Counted from the stretch's first letter, positions 10,431 through 21,128 are shown. The stretch: 64,000 bases of DNA from Alphaproteobacteria bacterium (GCA_963422645.2 CAXXVO010000002.1:96001-160000), one strand, 5' to 3'. The notes: generated by a model from the sequence alone, not told the origin. Translations and numbers: made by a program.

Positions 10431-11327
10431 ATGGGCGGTGCTTCGGCCCTATCCAGCATGACGGGCTTTGCGCGGGCGAGCGGCGGCAATGGCGCGGCTG
10501 GCTGGAGCTGGGAGGTGAAGAGCGTCAACGGGCGGGCACTGGACATCCGCTGCCGCCTGCCGCAGGGGATGGAGCGGCTCGACCCGGCGGTGCGCAGCGC
10601 GGTGTCTGCACAGCTTCGGCGAGGCAATGTCACGGTGGGGCTCAGGCTCTCGCATGCGCCGGAAGCTGCGGCCATGCGCGTCAACAGGGCCTGGCTCGAC
10701 GAGCTGATCGCGCTTGCCGCCGAGTATCGCAGCAGCGACGACATCGCGCCGGCGCGCCTCGACGGCATGCTGGCGCTGCGTGGCGTCATCGAGACGGTGG
10801 AATCGTCTGACGATGCCGAGCGCGCCCAGGACGACGGCGCCATTCTGGAGACGCTCGACGTGGCGCTCGCCGAGCTGGTGCGCGAGCGGCAGGCCGAGGG
10901 GGCCGCGCTCGCAGCAACGCTGACGCAACGGATCGAGGAGATCGTGGCGCTCACACGCCAGGCCGAGGCGTTGGCGCCCACGCGCCAGGAGGCGCTCAGC
11001 GAGCGCCTGCGCGAGCAGGTGGGAGCGTTGATCGGCGCAGGCTCCCCTGTATCTGAGGATCGGCTGGTGACGGAGCTCGCGCTCCTCGCCGTCAAGATCG
11101 ATGTGACCGAGGAGATCGACCGGCTCAAGTCCCACTGTGCGGCGGCGGCGCGCCACCTGCGAGAGGAGGGTGCGGTCGGGCGCAAGCTCGATTTCCTGGC
11201 ACAGGAGTTCAACCGGGAGGCCAATACGCTCTGCTCCAAGGCCTCCGATTCAGCGCTCACGGAGGTCGGCCTCGCACTCAAAGCCGCCATCGACCAATTC
11301 CGTGAGCAGGCGCAAAACGTCGAGTAG
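10431..11327 (+). CDS. yicC: YicC/YloC family endoribonuclease
   Basis: SMTGFAR, SVNGR, GRKLDFLAQEFNREANTLCSK, REQAQNVE. Confidence 0.93.
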   Translation: MGGASALSSMTGFARASGGNGAAGWSWEVKSVNGRALDIRCRLPQGMERLDPAVRSAVSAQLRRGNVTVGLRLSHAPEAAAMRVNRAWLDELIALAAEYRSSDDIAPARLDGMLALRGVIETVESSDDAERAQDDGAILETLDVALAELVRERQAEGAALAATLTQRIEEIVALTRQAEALAPTRQEALSERLREQVGALIGAGSPVSEDRLVTELALLAVKIDVTEEIDRLKSHCAAAARHLREEGAVGRKLDFLAQEFNREANTLCSKASDSALTEVGLALKAAIDQFREQAQNVE

Positions 11328-11330
11328 GCG

Positions 11331-11999
11331 GTGAGCGTTCTTACCGACAGTTCGGCTCTCGGGCGCCGCGGCCTCCTGCTGGTGCTGTCATCGCCCTCCG
11401 GTGCCGGCAAGACGACCATCACCCGCCGCCTGGTCGAGCTCGAAGGTGACGGAGTCGAAATCTCGGTCTCGCACACCACGCGGCCCAAGCGGCCGGACGA
11501 GATCGACGGCCGCGACTATCATTTCGTCGACGAGGCTGGGTTCGCACGCCTGCGGGAGCGCGGGGCGTTCCTTGAATGCGCGGAGGTGTTCGGCCACTGG
11601 TACGGCACTGCCCGCGACCCGGTGGAAAGCGCGCTAGATGCCGGCCGCGATGTCGTCTTCGACATCGATTGGCAGGGGAGCCAGCAGCTTGCCGAGGCGG
11701 ACGAGGGCGACCTGGTCCGCATCTTCATCCTGCCGCCGTCGTTGGAGGCGTTGGAAGAGCGGCTCAAGCGGCGCGCCCAGGACAGCCCGGCCGTGGTCGC
11801 GGAGCGCATGAGCCGCGCCGCTGACGAGATGAGCCACTACGTCGAGTATGACTACGTGGTGGTGAATAGCGCGCTTGAGCGGTCCGTCGCGGAGGTGCGT
11901 GCGGTGCTCCGCGCCGAGCGGTTGCGCCGGGGCCGCCTGAAAGAGCTCGACGAGTTCGTGCGCGGGCTCACGGCCAACACGAAGCCGCCTCAGGGCTGA
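11331..11999 (+). CDS. gmk: Guanylate kinase
   Basis: SSPSGAGKTT P-loop, SHTTR, DIDWQG, FILPPS. Confidence 0.96.
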   Translation: MSVLTDSSALGRRGLLLVLSSPSGAGKTTITRRLVELEGDGVEISVSHTTRPKRPDEIDGRDYHFVDEAGFARLRERGAFLECAEVFGHWYGTARDPVESALDAGRDVVFDIDWQGSQQLAEADEGDLVRIFILPPSLEALEERLKRRAQDSPAVVAERMSRAADEMSHYVEYDYVVVNSALERSVAEVRAVLRAERLRRGRLKELDEFVRGLTANTKPPQG

Positions 12000-12483
12000 G
12001 CCGGACGACTGCGCCGGCCACACCGTCGAGGGCACCGGGGGCGACAGCCAGCGCGAGCAGCCGGCTGGAATCCTCGAGGCCAGGCAGGGTGATCCCGTAG
12101 CGCACCGCGCTCGTAAAGCCGAAGCGGCCGAGATAACTCTGTTCGCCCACCGCGACGATGATCGCATGCCCCTCTGCTGCGGCCTTTTCCAGCGCGGTCC
12201 GGACCAGGAGTCCGCCAATCCCGCGTCGTTCATGAGCCGGATCGACCGCAATCGGCCCCAGTAGAAGCACAGGCCCCGCATCACCGATTCGCACGGGCCA
12301 GTGTCGGATTGTGCCGAGGATTCGGCCCTCAGCCTCAGCAACGAAGCAGAGGTCGTGCACGGGCCGGAGGCCTTCGCGCAGGCGGTAGGAAGGGCGGGCC
12401 AGGCGGTCCGCGCCAAAGGCGCGGTCCAACAGGGCCTCGATATGCGGGCCGTCTTGCGGCCCCTCGGTGCGAATGGAAGGCAT
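11968..12483 (-). CDS. GNAT family N-acetyltransferase (YhbS-like)
   Basis: LLLGPIAVDP..RRGIG acetyl-CoA motif, VG..YLGRFGF. Confidence 0.85.
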   Translation of the reverse strand: MPSIRTEGPQDGPHIEALLDRAFGADRLARPSYRLREGLRPVHDLCFVAEAEGRILGTIRHWPVRIGDAGPVLLLGPIAVDPAHERRGIGGLLVRTALEKAAAEGHAIIVAVGEQSYLGRFGFTSAVRYGITLPGLEDSSRLLALAVAPGALDGVAGAVVRLSPEAASCWP

Positions 12484-12624
12484 GATGACGTTGCTCTCGA
12501 CGACGGACGGGCGTGATGTTGGCGCCGCCGTGCCGGTGGCGCGGCGGTGTCAGCGGTGTCGTCGTCGCTCGCGAGCAAAACGCATCATGATGGCTCGCTG
12601 ACTAGCCCGAATTTCCTATCCTGG

Positions 12625-13506
12625 TCAAGGTTTGTGCAGCGCCGCCCAAGCGCGAGCGAGCGTGCAGAACTCGGCGACCGAAAGCGTCTCGGCCCGCGCT
12701 TCGGGTGGGATGCCCGCGTTCCGAAGCAGCGCCAGCGGCTCCGTAGTGAGGCCGCGAAGCGCGCGGCGCAGCATCTTTCTGCGCTGGCCGAATGCCGCGC
12801 GGGTCACGGCATCGAGAGCGTCGGGGTCGGCCGGAGCGAGCGGTGTCGCGCGGGGCACCAGGCGCACCACCGTCGAGACCACGCCGGGCGGCGGCACGAA
12901 AGCGCGGGGGCTCACGTCGAAGAGGCGCTCGCAGGTGCAGAGCCACTGCGCACGCACCGAGAGGCCGCCGTAGTCTCGCCCGCCGGTCGCGGTGATCCGC
13001 GCCGCCACTTCCTTCTGGAACATGAGGGTCATGCTCTCGATCCGCTCGACCCGTTCCAGCCAGCGCAACAGGAGCCGTGTGCCGACGTTGTAGGGGAGGT
13101 TCGCCACGATCCCGATGCGGTCAGACCCGAGAGTCGCGATGTCAAACGCGAGCGCGTCGCCCTCGACGATCTCGAGCCGATCGGGATAGCGCGCCGCGAG
13201 CTCTCCGAGCGCGGCCACGCAGCGGCGGTCCTTCTCGACCGCGACGACACGGGCTGCACCGGCGGCCAGCAGGGCCCTGGTCAGCCCACCTGGTCCCGGC
13301 CCCACCTCTAGTATGATTGCCGGGCTGCCAGGTTGGGCCGCCCGCGCGATTCTCCCGCACAGGCTGGGATCGAGCAGGAAATGCTGCCCCAGCGCCCGCC
13401 TGGGCTGCAGACCGTGGCGTGCGATGACGGCGGAGAGCGGCGGCAGCGGGCCCGCACGCCCGGCGTCTGCGGTGTCCGCCGCATCGGGGGCGCTGCCGGC
13501 GGTCAA
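12625..13506 (-). CDS. rsmA: 16S rRNA adenine dimethyltransferase
   Basis: LGQHFLLD, EVGPGPGGLT, ANLPYNV, MFQKEVA, AFGQRRKML. Confidence 0.96.
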   Translation of the reverse strand: MTAGSAPDAADTADAGRAGPLPPLSAVIARHGLQPRRALGQHFLLDPSLCGRIARAAQPGSPAIILEVGPGPGGLTRALLAAGAARVVAVEKDRRCVAALGELAARYPDRLEIVEGDALAFDIATLGSDRIGIVANLPYNVGTRLLLRWLERVERIESMTLMFQKEVAARITATGGRDYGGLSVRAQWLCTCERLFDVSPRAFVPPPGVVSTVVRLVPRATPLAPADPDALDAVTRAAFGQRRKMLRRALRGLTTEPLALLRNAGIPPEARAETLSVAEFCTLARAWAALHKP

Positions 13507-14471
13507 ATTCGTACGTCGATGAACGCCGATCGGTGCAGGTCACGCACGTAGCGCCGCGCCAGCATCTCCAGCCTGCGCCCCGCGATATCCTGCCGGATCG
13601 CTTCCCGATCGAGCCCGGCGGCAGGCATATCCGCGAGCACGGTGCGGCGGTCGATCAGCGAGACGATGTAGTAGCCGTCGAACGCCCGCACCGGGGGCGC
13701 GATCGATCCTGGTTCCAAGTCCGCGAGCACGGCTTCGATCTCACTCGGGAGCTGCCCTTCGACCACCCAACCGATGTCACCGCCGACGGCGGCGGTGGCG
13801 CTTTGCGAAAACTGCTGCGCGATCTGGGCGAAGCTGGCACCGGCGGTCAACTGACGGTAGAGACTCGCTGCAGCGCCGCGGACCTCCGCTTCCCGCCCGA
13901 TCGAATCGACCGCCAGAAAGATCTCGGCCACACGGTATTCGGGACGACCCCGGTTGGCCTCGAGCCGGGCGATCGCCTCGTCGATCTCGCCCTCGCCGAC
14001 CGAAACCGTCGCACCCAGGCGACCACGCACGAGCTTGGACCAGAGAATCTCGGCGCGCAGTTGCTCCGTGACGGACGCAATGTCCAGTCCCTGGCGTCGC
14101 AGAAACTCGTCGAGCGCGCCGGCTGGGATACCGTTACGTTGCTCGACGGTCCGCCGCGCGTTCGCCATCTCCACCCTGCTGACCCTCACCCTGTAGCGCT
14201 CGGCCTCTTGCACCTTCAGTCTTTCGTCGATGAGCGAGCGGAGTACCTGCGGTGCCAGTTGTTGGCGTAGCTCCTCGCTGATCTGCAATCGGGACGACAC
14301 GATGGCGATATCGATCCGCGCCACGAGATCGGGGACCGAGATCGCCTCGTTGTTGACTACGGCGGCGATCCGCACGGCTTGCTGACCGCTCGCCCTGTCG
14401 ACAGGCAGGAGCATGATCGGCAGCAGCCCGAACAGCAGCAGGGCGGCGCGCGTGAGCGGCAATAGTTTCAT
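13503..14471 (-). CDS. surA: SurA-like periplasmic chaperone/PPIase
   Basis: Signal peptide, IAAVVN, single rotamase domain (FAQIAQQFS, GGDIGW), AFIDVR end; follows lptD. Confidence 0.88.
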   Translation of the reverse strand: MKLLPLTRAALLLFGLLPIMLLPVDRASGQQAVRIAAVVNNEAISVPDLVARIDIAIVSSRLQISEELRQQLAPQVLRSLIDERLKVQEAERYRVRVSRVEMANARRTVEQRNGIPAGALDEFLRRQGLDIASVTEQLRAEILWSKLVRGRLGATVSVGEGEIDEAIARLEANRGRPEYRVAEIFLAVDSIGREAEVRGAAASLYRQLTAGASFAQIAQQFSQSATAAVGGDIGWVVEGQLPSEIEAVLADLEPGSIAPPVRAFDGYYIVSLIDRRTVLADMPAAGLDREAIRQDIAGRRLEMLARRYVRDLHRSAFIDVRI

Positions 14472-14478
14472 CGTCGCC

Positions 14479-16638
14479 TCAGCCGGCGTGCTTCAGATTG
14501 ACGGTCAAGTGCCATACCGTGCCTGACTCTACGTCCCGGTCACGGGTGAAGGAGCGCGACACACTCGTGCCGATAACAATACATTCATCTTCATAGAAAA
14601 GACCGACTCTCCAGTTAATGGAAGCGTTGTCTTCGAGGTCGCGCCGGGCCTCGGCGGAGAGCGTCCAGTTGTCGAGGGGTTTTGCCGTGAAGCCCATGAG
14701 CGCCTCTCTGCCACCGGCAAAGTCCGTCAACATGCTCTCGGGAGGCCGGTCCACGTCGGCGAAGCCAAGCCGGGCGCGCAGCCACTCCGGACCGGCGGTG
14801 AGGTCAATTTCGTTGCGTCTGACGGTGAAGTCTCGGTGGTCGAGACGGAAGCGCAGGGAAAAATCGAGCCAAGGCGACGGCTGCACGAGGATGCGGCCAA
14901 CGTAGTCGGACATCTGATGTTCAAGGCCGCTGCCGGCCTCGAAGGGCGAATCCTCACCGGCCCGCGCGCTTTGGCCGATCAGCGCGGTCGCACGGCCACC
15001 GCCTGGGCCGTAGAGGCCGAGGCGCACACCGTAATTCACACGCGGTCCGGTCTCGATACGGTCGAGGCCGGTGTGGCGATTGGTGCTGAATAGATTGGTG
15101 TGATCAAACTCCAGGTCTCGGCTGTCTTCGTTGGGAATATCGGAGGGATTGCCACCTTTGGGGCTGATCACGCCTTGCACGATGGGTTCGATAAGATGTC
15201 GGAACGGTCCGATCCGCGTGATGAGCGGATAGCGCCATTCGACCGCAAGCTCCGGCACGAAGCGCCCGGCCGCTTCGCTGCTCACAACACCGTAGGGCTC
15301 CAGGTGCTTTACCGGGGTATAGGCGTGATAGAGGTCGCCGCGCAGGCTCGCGTCGATCCGGAAGAGGTGGCCGCCCGGCAAGATCGTCGGACGGTGCCAG
15401 CCGCCGGTGATCGAGAGCCTGCGCGTGTCGATTCCGTCCAGGCGCTCCAATATCAAGAGGTTGGCGTCGAGTGTGGTGTAGCCGCCGGCATAGTTCGGTG
15501 CGCTCACCAGGTGCGCATCGAGCAGGGGGAGCACGATCGGGCTTTGGTCCCCCTGCTTGCCGGCCCGGAGGCCCTGGAACGAGTAGCCGGCGCCCGACAT
15601 GTAGCTGCGCCGGTGGAACCGCTCCGCAAACAGGGTCGTGACCAGATCGTCCTTCGACGAGATGCTGTAGCGGCGCAGGTAGGTGTCGTCGAGGGCGCGC
15701 TCCAGATCGAAGCCCCATCGCCAGGTCTCGTCGATGTCGAAGAAGCCATGGCCGAAGACGTGTCCCCGGATTCTGTCGCCGTCCTGGTCGGCGGTAAGGG
15801 CGCGGGTAATGCTCGCATCGATGGTAAACTGACCGTCCTGCGTGCGCTCGCGGTACTCGCCGGCCAGCACGGCACTTTCCAGGGCGGTGAACCGGGGCGC
15901 AAAGGTCACATCCCGATCAGGTGCGAGGGACCAGTAGTAGGGAATTGTCACCTCGGCGCCCAGGGCCGTAGAGCTGCTGTAGGACGGGCTAAGGAATCCG
16001 CTTTGGCGCGTCACGCTCGGATCGGGATGGCGGAAATAGGGCGTGTACAAGATCGGCAGGCCGAAGAACTCGAGCGACGCATCGCGGTAGGTAATGGAAC
16101 GCTCCACCTGATCGTGAATCACGCGCGCTGCCTTGAGTTGCCAGAGCGGTACCGAGGCAGGATCGTCGGGGCATAGTTCGCACGGCGAAAACACCGCCCT
16201 CCGCATTACCGTGCGGGTGCCGCCGATGCGTCGGGCGCCGCTTGCAACGAGCCGCGACTGGTCCGTCAACAGCACACTCAGACGGTGAATCACCCCTTCC
16301 CTCAGATCGCCGGTGAGCTCGAGGGATTCGGCGAACATCACTTCGCCGGTGGGCTCGCGTAGGGCGACGCCGCCCTTCGCCGTCACCACATCGTCGCCGC
16401 GCCGGTAATGGATGCGTGCGGCACGCAGCACGCGATCGCCCTGGGCGACTTCTACATTGCCGGAGGCGATGACGGTGTCGGCGGCCTGGTCGTAGATCAG
16501 CTCGTCGGCGGTCATCAGGAGATCGCCCGTCATCAGGTCGCCGAGATCGGGCGCGGACTCGGTCTGTTGCGCACTCGCCTCCAGCGAGGAGAGGGCCAGG
16601 AGACACGCGAAAACGAGCGGCGCGAGGGCCTTCGTCAT
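14479..16638 (-). CDS. lptD: LPS-assembly protein LptD
   Basis: ADELIYD, FSPCELC, PYFRHPDP..RQSGFL, PNEDS, DRIE; start taken at MTKALAP. Confidence 0.92.
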   Translation of the reverse strand: MTKALAPLVFACLLALSSLEASAQQTESAPDLGDLMTGDLLMTADELIYDQAADTVIASGNVEVAQGDRVLRAARIHYRRGDDVVTAKGGVALREPTGEVMFAESLELTGDLREGVIHRLSVLLTDQSRLVASGARRIGGTRTVMRRAVFSPCELCPDDPASVPLWQLKAARVIHDQVERSITYRDASLEFFGLPILYTPYFRHPDPSVTRQSGFLSPSYSSSTALGAEVTIPYYWSLAPDRDVTFAPRFTALESAVLAGEYRERTQDGQFTIDASITRALTADQDGDRIRGHVFGHGFFDIDETWRWGFDLERALDDTYLRRYSISSKDDLVTTLFAERFHRRSYMSGAGYSFQGLRAGKQGDQSPIVLPLLDAHLVSAPNYAGGYTTLDANLLILERLDGIDTRRLSITGGWHRPTILPGGHLFRIDASLRGDLYHAYTPVKHLEPYGVVSSEAAGRFVPELAVEWRYPLITRIGPFRHLIEPIVQGVISPKGGNPSDIPNEDSRDLEFDHTNLFSTNRHTGLDRIETGPRVNYGVRLGLYGPGGGRATALIGQSARAGEDSPFEAGSGLEHQMSDYVGRILVQPSPWLDFSLRFRLDHRDFTVRRNEIDLTAGPEWLRARLGFADVDRPPESMLTDFAGGREALMGFTAKPLDNWTLSAEARRDLEDNASINWRVGLFYEDECIVIGTSVSRSFTRDRDVESGTVWHLTVNLKHAG

Positions 16639-16645
16639 GCCGCCG

Positions 16646-17740
16646 CTATCCGTCCTCGAGATGGAACAAGCCCGCAACGCCGAGCAACGTGAAAATGCCT
16701 GCAGGTGTCCACGCCGCAAGCACCGGCGGCAGCTTGCCGGAAAGGCCAAGAGCGAGCACGAGGTCCGAAATGAAATAGAGGAGAAAGCCCGTAAGCAGTC
16801 CGGCCAGAACCAGCACCCAGGTGCCTCGCCGCGTGAAACGGAGCGAAAAGGTCGCTGCGATCAAGACCATCGCGCAAAGCAGGAGTGGGCCGGAGAGAAG
16901 CGAATGCCAGTGCAGCCGGTGCTTCACCGAAGAGAAGCCGGAATCATCCAACACCCTTATGAAACCGGGCAACGCCCAGAAGGATAGGGTCTCCGGTGGC
17001 GAGAAGCTGTTTTGGATGCGCTCCAGGGTGAGGTCGGTTGGCAGGCGAGCGTTCGCCCGATGTCGGGCCGGCTCGTTCGGCGCGCTGAAGAGCGCATCCC
17101 GCAGGTTCCAGTACCCCTCCTCCAGCCGGGCCTCGGCGGCGTCGATCCGCCCGACGAACTGGTCCTCCTTCGCGTACAGGAATATGATCGTGTCGTAGAG
17201 CGTCATCGTTTCCTGATCGATGCGCTCGGCGTGAACTACCGATTGGCTCTCCGAATCTCCCTGTCTGAGCCAGATGCCGGACTTGGAAAGCTCCATGAGG
17301 CTCGATTTTCCGCGCAAGTATGTCGCGTCCATCTGTTCGAATCGCGACGTCGTGGCCGAGGCGAGCGGATTGACGACCGTCATGAAGAGGCCGCCCAGCA
17401 GCGCCGCGATGACGAGCGCCGGCAGCAGGAATTGCCAGACCGAGACGCCCGCCGCGCGCGCCACCACGAGCTCGCGGCTCCGCGTCATCTTCGCGAAGGT
17501 CACGATACCGCCGACGAGCACGATGAAGGGCAACGCCTTTTGCGCCATGAAGGGGATGTGCAGCGATGCCATTTGGAGAACGGTCTCGATCGTCGCCGTC
17601 TTGTCCGGCCCGGAGGCGCGGCGCAGCAGCTCGATCGTGTCGGCAATGAGAATGGTCAGCATGACGAGCAGGAACACGAGCGCGACGCTCTGCAGGTAGT
17701 GCCTGCCCATATAGAGCGACAGGGTGGATGAGAGACGCAC
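16646..17740 (-). CDS. lptG: LPS export ABC transporter permease LptG
   Basis: ELVVARAAGVSVWQFL, WLRQ, C-terminal LFHLEDG. Confidence 0.92.
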   Translation of the reverse strand: MRLSSTLSLYMGRHYLQSVALVFLLVMLTILIADTIELLRRASGPDKTATIETVLQMASLHIPFMAQKALPFIVLVGGIVTFAKMTRSRELVVARAAGVSVWQFLLPALVIAALLGGLFMTVVNPLASATTSRFEQMDATYLRGKSSLMELSKSGIWLRQGDSESQSVVHAERIDQETMTLYDTIIFLYAKEDQFVGRIDAAEARLEEGYWNLRDALFSAPNEPARHRANARLPTDLTLERIQNSFSPPETLSFWALPGFIRVLDDSGFSSVKHRLHWHSLLSGPLLLCAMVLIAATFSLRFTRRGTWVLVLAGLLTGFLLYFISDLVLALGLSGKLPPVLAAWTPAGIFTLLGVAGLFHLEDG

Positions 17741-17752
17741 GTGCCGCGGCTC

Positions 17753-18877
17753 CTACCCGCGCGCGCCCGGCTCAGCCGCCGCACCGCGGCCGCCGAAGAC
17801 GCGCGGCCAGCGATGGCGCATCAGGGCCATCGCCGCGGCAATCATGAGAACCGGGTTGAGATACATGAGCGGGATGAGAGAGCTATTCTTGGCGGTCGCG
17901 TTGACCAGGAAAAGGGCCACGGCCTCGAGCATGACCCCGGCTGCAATGGCCACGAGGATGCGGCGCCACTGTCCACGCCGGTTCACATTGCCGGAGAGCA
18001 GCGCCGCGAGCCCTATGGCGGCAAGCGCATAGCCGAAGAGCGGCGAGACGATGCGATTGTGCGCTTCGGAGAGGAACTTGCCCCGCAGCCGCTCGGCACC
18101 CTCGCTGTTGGGGTTGAGGAGCTCGTCGATGAACCGCTCGCGCGGCTCGCGCGAGCGCGTGCCTCCGCGTTGGACGAAGTCGCTCAAGTCCATCGTGTAG
18201 CGTTCGAAATTGAGCAGCGAGAGTTTTGACGAATCCCGGTCGAACCGCTGTCGGTGGCCGTTGATGAGAATGAAGCGCGGCCCCTCATCGGTCTGCACCA
18301 GGATGCCCTGCTCGGCCATCATCGTAACCGGCCGTTCCTGCTCGCGGGCGTCGTGCACGAGGATGCCGTGGAGCCTGCCGCCCTCGCGCCCGCGAATGTA
18401 AACGGTGACGCCCTCGGTCAGTGTGTTGAAGGTGCCCTCCTCCAGGAGCAGCGCCGAGTGATCGCCGCGCAGGACGAACTGCCGCTCCTTGAACTCCCTG
18501 TGGCTGACGGGCATCACGTACATGATGATCGCGTAGGAGATGACGACGACGATCGTGGCCATCACCAGCGCCGGCTTCGCCAGCGACCATTGACTCACGC
18601 CGGCCGCGCGCAGGCTGACCAGCTCGCTGTCGATCGTGAGCTTGTTGTAGACGAAGAGCAGTGAGCAGAATAATGCGATCGGCAGGATCGCGCTCAGAAA
18701 TGTCGGCAGCACCAGCATGCTCATCAGCAGGAAAGTGCTGAACGACAGACCCTTGTTGACGATCAGGTCGATGATGCGCAGCGACTGCGACAGCCAGACG
18801 ATCGCTGTAAGCCCCAGCGTGACGAGCAGGAAGGGACCAATAAGCTGGCGCAGCAGGTAACGTTGGTAGCGCGGCAT
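17753..18877 (-). CDS. lptF: LPS export ABC transporter permease LptF
   Basis: RYLLRQL, WLSQSLR, DSELVSLRAAG, EGTFN; paired with lptG. Confidence 0.92.
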   Translation of the reverse strand: MPRYQRYLLRQLIGPFLLVTLGLTAIVWLSQSLRIIDLIVNKGLSFSTFLLMSMLVLPTFLSAILPIALFCSLLFVYNKLTIDSELVSLRAAGVSQWSLAKPALVMATIVVVISYAIIMYVMPVSHREFKERQFVLRGDHSALLLEEGTFNTLTEGVTVYIRGREGGRLHGILVHDAREQERPVTMMAEQGILVQTDEGPRFILINGHRQRFDRDSSKLSLLNFERYTMDLSDFVQRGGTRSREPRERFIDELLNPNSEGAERLRGKFLSEAHNRIVSPLFGYALAAIGLAALLSGNVNRRGQWRRILVAIAAGVMLEAVALFLVNATAKNSSLIPLMYLNPVLMIAAAMALMRHRWPRVFGGRGAAAEPGARG

Positions 18878-18975
18878 GCCTCATTATAGCGGGTCGCGCG
18901 CCGGAACGGGTGAATCCCGGTAGCGGCTCCGATCGAGCGCGCCGCGTCAACTTTGACCGTGCCGAAAATTCTCGA

Positions 18976-20400
18976 CTAGAGCGGCGGGCGGTGACGGCTC
19001 CAATTTGTCGCCGCCTCAAAGGCCGCCGCCGCGCGAAACACGCGGGCATCGTCGTAGGTGCGGCCGACGATCTGCAGGCCGGTGGGGACGCCGGTTCGTG
19101 CAAATCCGGTCGGCACGCTCGCCACCGGGCACTGATTCATCATGTTGAACGGGTAGGTCAGCAGCCAGCCCAGGTGCGGCTCGACAGGCTTGCCGTTGAT
19201 AGTGAAGCCGGGATCCATGTTGGTGTGGTCGGCTTTGACTGCCGGCACCGCGAGCGTCGGGCAGATCATGACGTCATAGCGCTCGAGGATCGGCGCGAGC
19301 TTCTGGTACATCCGGCCCCGCGTTTGGCTGACGCGCTCGTATTCGACGGCGCTGACGCGCTTCCCCTTCTCCACCAGATCGACCACCTTCGGGTCCATCT
19401 CGAAGCGCCATTCGGGGAGAAAGTCCTGAAGCCCGCTGGCGAAGAGGACCTCGAAGAGCCGCAGATACTGGTTCAGCACACCCGAGGTCCAGCCGAGGTC
19501 AACCTCCTCGACCTCGCAGCCGAGCTCGCGGAAGACGTCCACGGCCTTCCGCGTGTTCTCCTGCACCTCCTCGTCGACCTCGACGTAGCCGAGATTCGGC
19601 GAGTAGGCGATGCGCCAGCCCTCGATGCCCTCGCAGGTGAGCGGCAGGCGAACCCGTGTCCTGAGGGAGGCGATGTCCGCCTTGTGGGGGCCCGAGACGA
19701 CATTCTGGAGCAATGCGGATTCGGCCACTGTGCGGGTCAGCACGCCGATCTGCACCAGGAAGGCGTGGGGCGCGGTGGTGTCGTTCGGGTTGCGGCCGTA
19801 GGGCGGCTTGAAGCCAAAGATGCCGTTGACCGATGCCGGGATGCGGATCGACCCGCCGCCGTCGCCGCCGTCCGCGATCGTGGTCATACCAGCGGCCACC
19901 GCGCCGCCGCTGCCGCCGGAGGATCCCCCTGGCGTGTAGTCGCTGTTCCAGGGATTGCGGCTCACGCCCCAGAGCGGGCTGTGACTCGTCCCGGCGTAGC
20001 CGAACTCGGGCGTCGTGGTGCGGATGTGGAGGATCGCGCCAGCGCGCATGAGCCGCTCGGTCACCGGGTAGGTGTGATCGGGGCGGTTGTGCTCCATGAT
20101 CTTGGAGCCGATCGTGGTGATCTCGCCCTTGATCGCGTGATAGTCCTTGCTCGCGAAGGGCAGACCTTCGAGTGTGCGCAGACGCCCGTCGGTCTTGCCG
20201 TAGCGCGCCTCGGCCGCCTTGGCCTGCTCCAGTGCGCGCTCGAAATAGCTGTAGGTGACCAGGTTGAGCGCCGGGTTGACCGCCTCGCAACGGGCGATCA
20301 CCGCCTTCATCAGCTCGACCGGCGACAGCGTGCGCGCCTTGAACGCCGCGAGCGCGTCGAGCGCGCTCATGTAGCAAAGGTCGAGATCGGCGGTGGCCAT
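18976..20400 (-). CDS. Amidase-signature family amidase
   Basis: GLPFASKD, PGGSSGGS and DGGGSIRIPAS (Lys-Ser-Ser triad). Confidence 0.9.
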   Translation of the reverse strand: MATADLDLCYMSALDALAAFKARTLSPVELMKAVIARCEAVNPALNLVTYSYFERALEQAKAAEARYGKTDGRLRTLEGLPFASKDYHAIKGEITTIGSKIMEHNRPDHTYPVTERLMRAGAILHIRTTTPEFGYAGTSHSPLWGVSRNPWNSDYTPGGSSGGSGGAVAAGMTTIADGGDGGGSIRIPASVNGIFGFKPPYGRNPNDTTAPHAFLVQIGVLTRTVAESALLQNVVSGPHKADIASLRTRVRLPLTCEGIEGWRIAYSPNLGYVEVDEEVQENTRKAVDVFRELGCEVEEVDLGWTSGVLNQYLRLFEVLFASGLQDFLPEWRFEMDPKVVDLVEKGKRVSAVEYERVSQTRGRMYQKLAPILERYDVMICPTLAVPAVKADHTNMDPGFTINGKPVEPHLGWLLTYPFNMMNQCPVASVPTGFARTGVPTGLQIVGRTYDDARVFRAAAAFEAATNWSRHRPPL

Positions 20401-20417
20401 GACGAACGCTCCCCTTC

Positions 20418-21128
20418 CTATTCGTTGCTGAAGGCCTCAAGCTCGTTGAGGTAGGCGACGACGCGCTCGGCCGGCTCGACATCGCCGAACTTGGCGTCGA
20501 TATCGAACAGGTTCCACTCCACAACCCCCGGTACCCGGTCGCCCACGCCTTCCCGAACGACGATGGGGCGGAAGCCTTCGGCGATGGCATCCTCGGCGGA
20601 GTGGCGCACGCAGCCAGCCATGGTGACGCCGGTGATGATCACCGTGTCCACCCGCTGGGCGCGGAGGTAGCCCGCGAGGTAGGTGCCGTGGAACGCGCTC
20701 GCGCGCTTCTTCACGATCACCTGCTCGCCGCGCTCCGGCATCGGCGCGATGCGCTCGTCGATTTGCGCCTCGGTTGAACCTTCCCGCAGGGTCTCGACCG
20801 GAATCTTCATGTGCCAGAGCCCGGTGTCGGCGTGCGGCCCGGTCGGGTCCTGATAGGCCGTCGTCGTGTAGATAACGGGAATGTTCTTTTCGCGTGCGGC
20901 GGCCAGCAGCTGCTGGTTGGTGGGGATGATCACCTCCATGTTGTCGCACGTGAAATTGTGGCCCGGACGGGTCCAGGCATTGGCGAGGTCGATGATCAGG
21001 AGCGCCGGGCGGGTTCCGAACCCGATGCGGCGCTGGAATCCCCGCGTCTGGTAAATCTCCGAATCGGCGGCGAAGATCGTCTCGAGTGCCCGCCTGACTT
21101 CCTCGTCGCGTGTAAGCTCCGCCGTCAT
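20418..21128 (-). CDS. Isochorismatase-family cysteine hydrolase (N-carbamoylsarcosine/maleamate amidohydrolase-like)
   Basis: GFGTRPALLIID, KKRASAFHGT, GCVRHS, LFDIDAKFGDV. Confidence 0.85.
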   Translation of the reverse strand: MTAELTRDEEVRRALETIFAADSEIYQTRGFQRRIGFGTRPALLIIDLANAWTRPGHNFTCDNMEVIIPTNQQLLAAAREKNIPVIYTTTAYQDPTGPHADTGLWHMKIPVETLREGSTEAQIDERIAPMPERGEQVIVKKRASAFHGTYLAGYLRAQRVDTVIITGVTMAGCVRHSAEDAIAEGFRPIVVREGVGDRVPGVVEWNLFDIDAKFGDVEPAERVVAYLNELEAFSNE

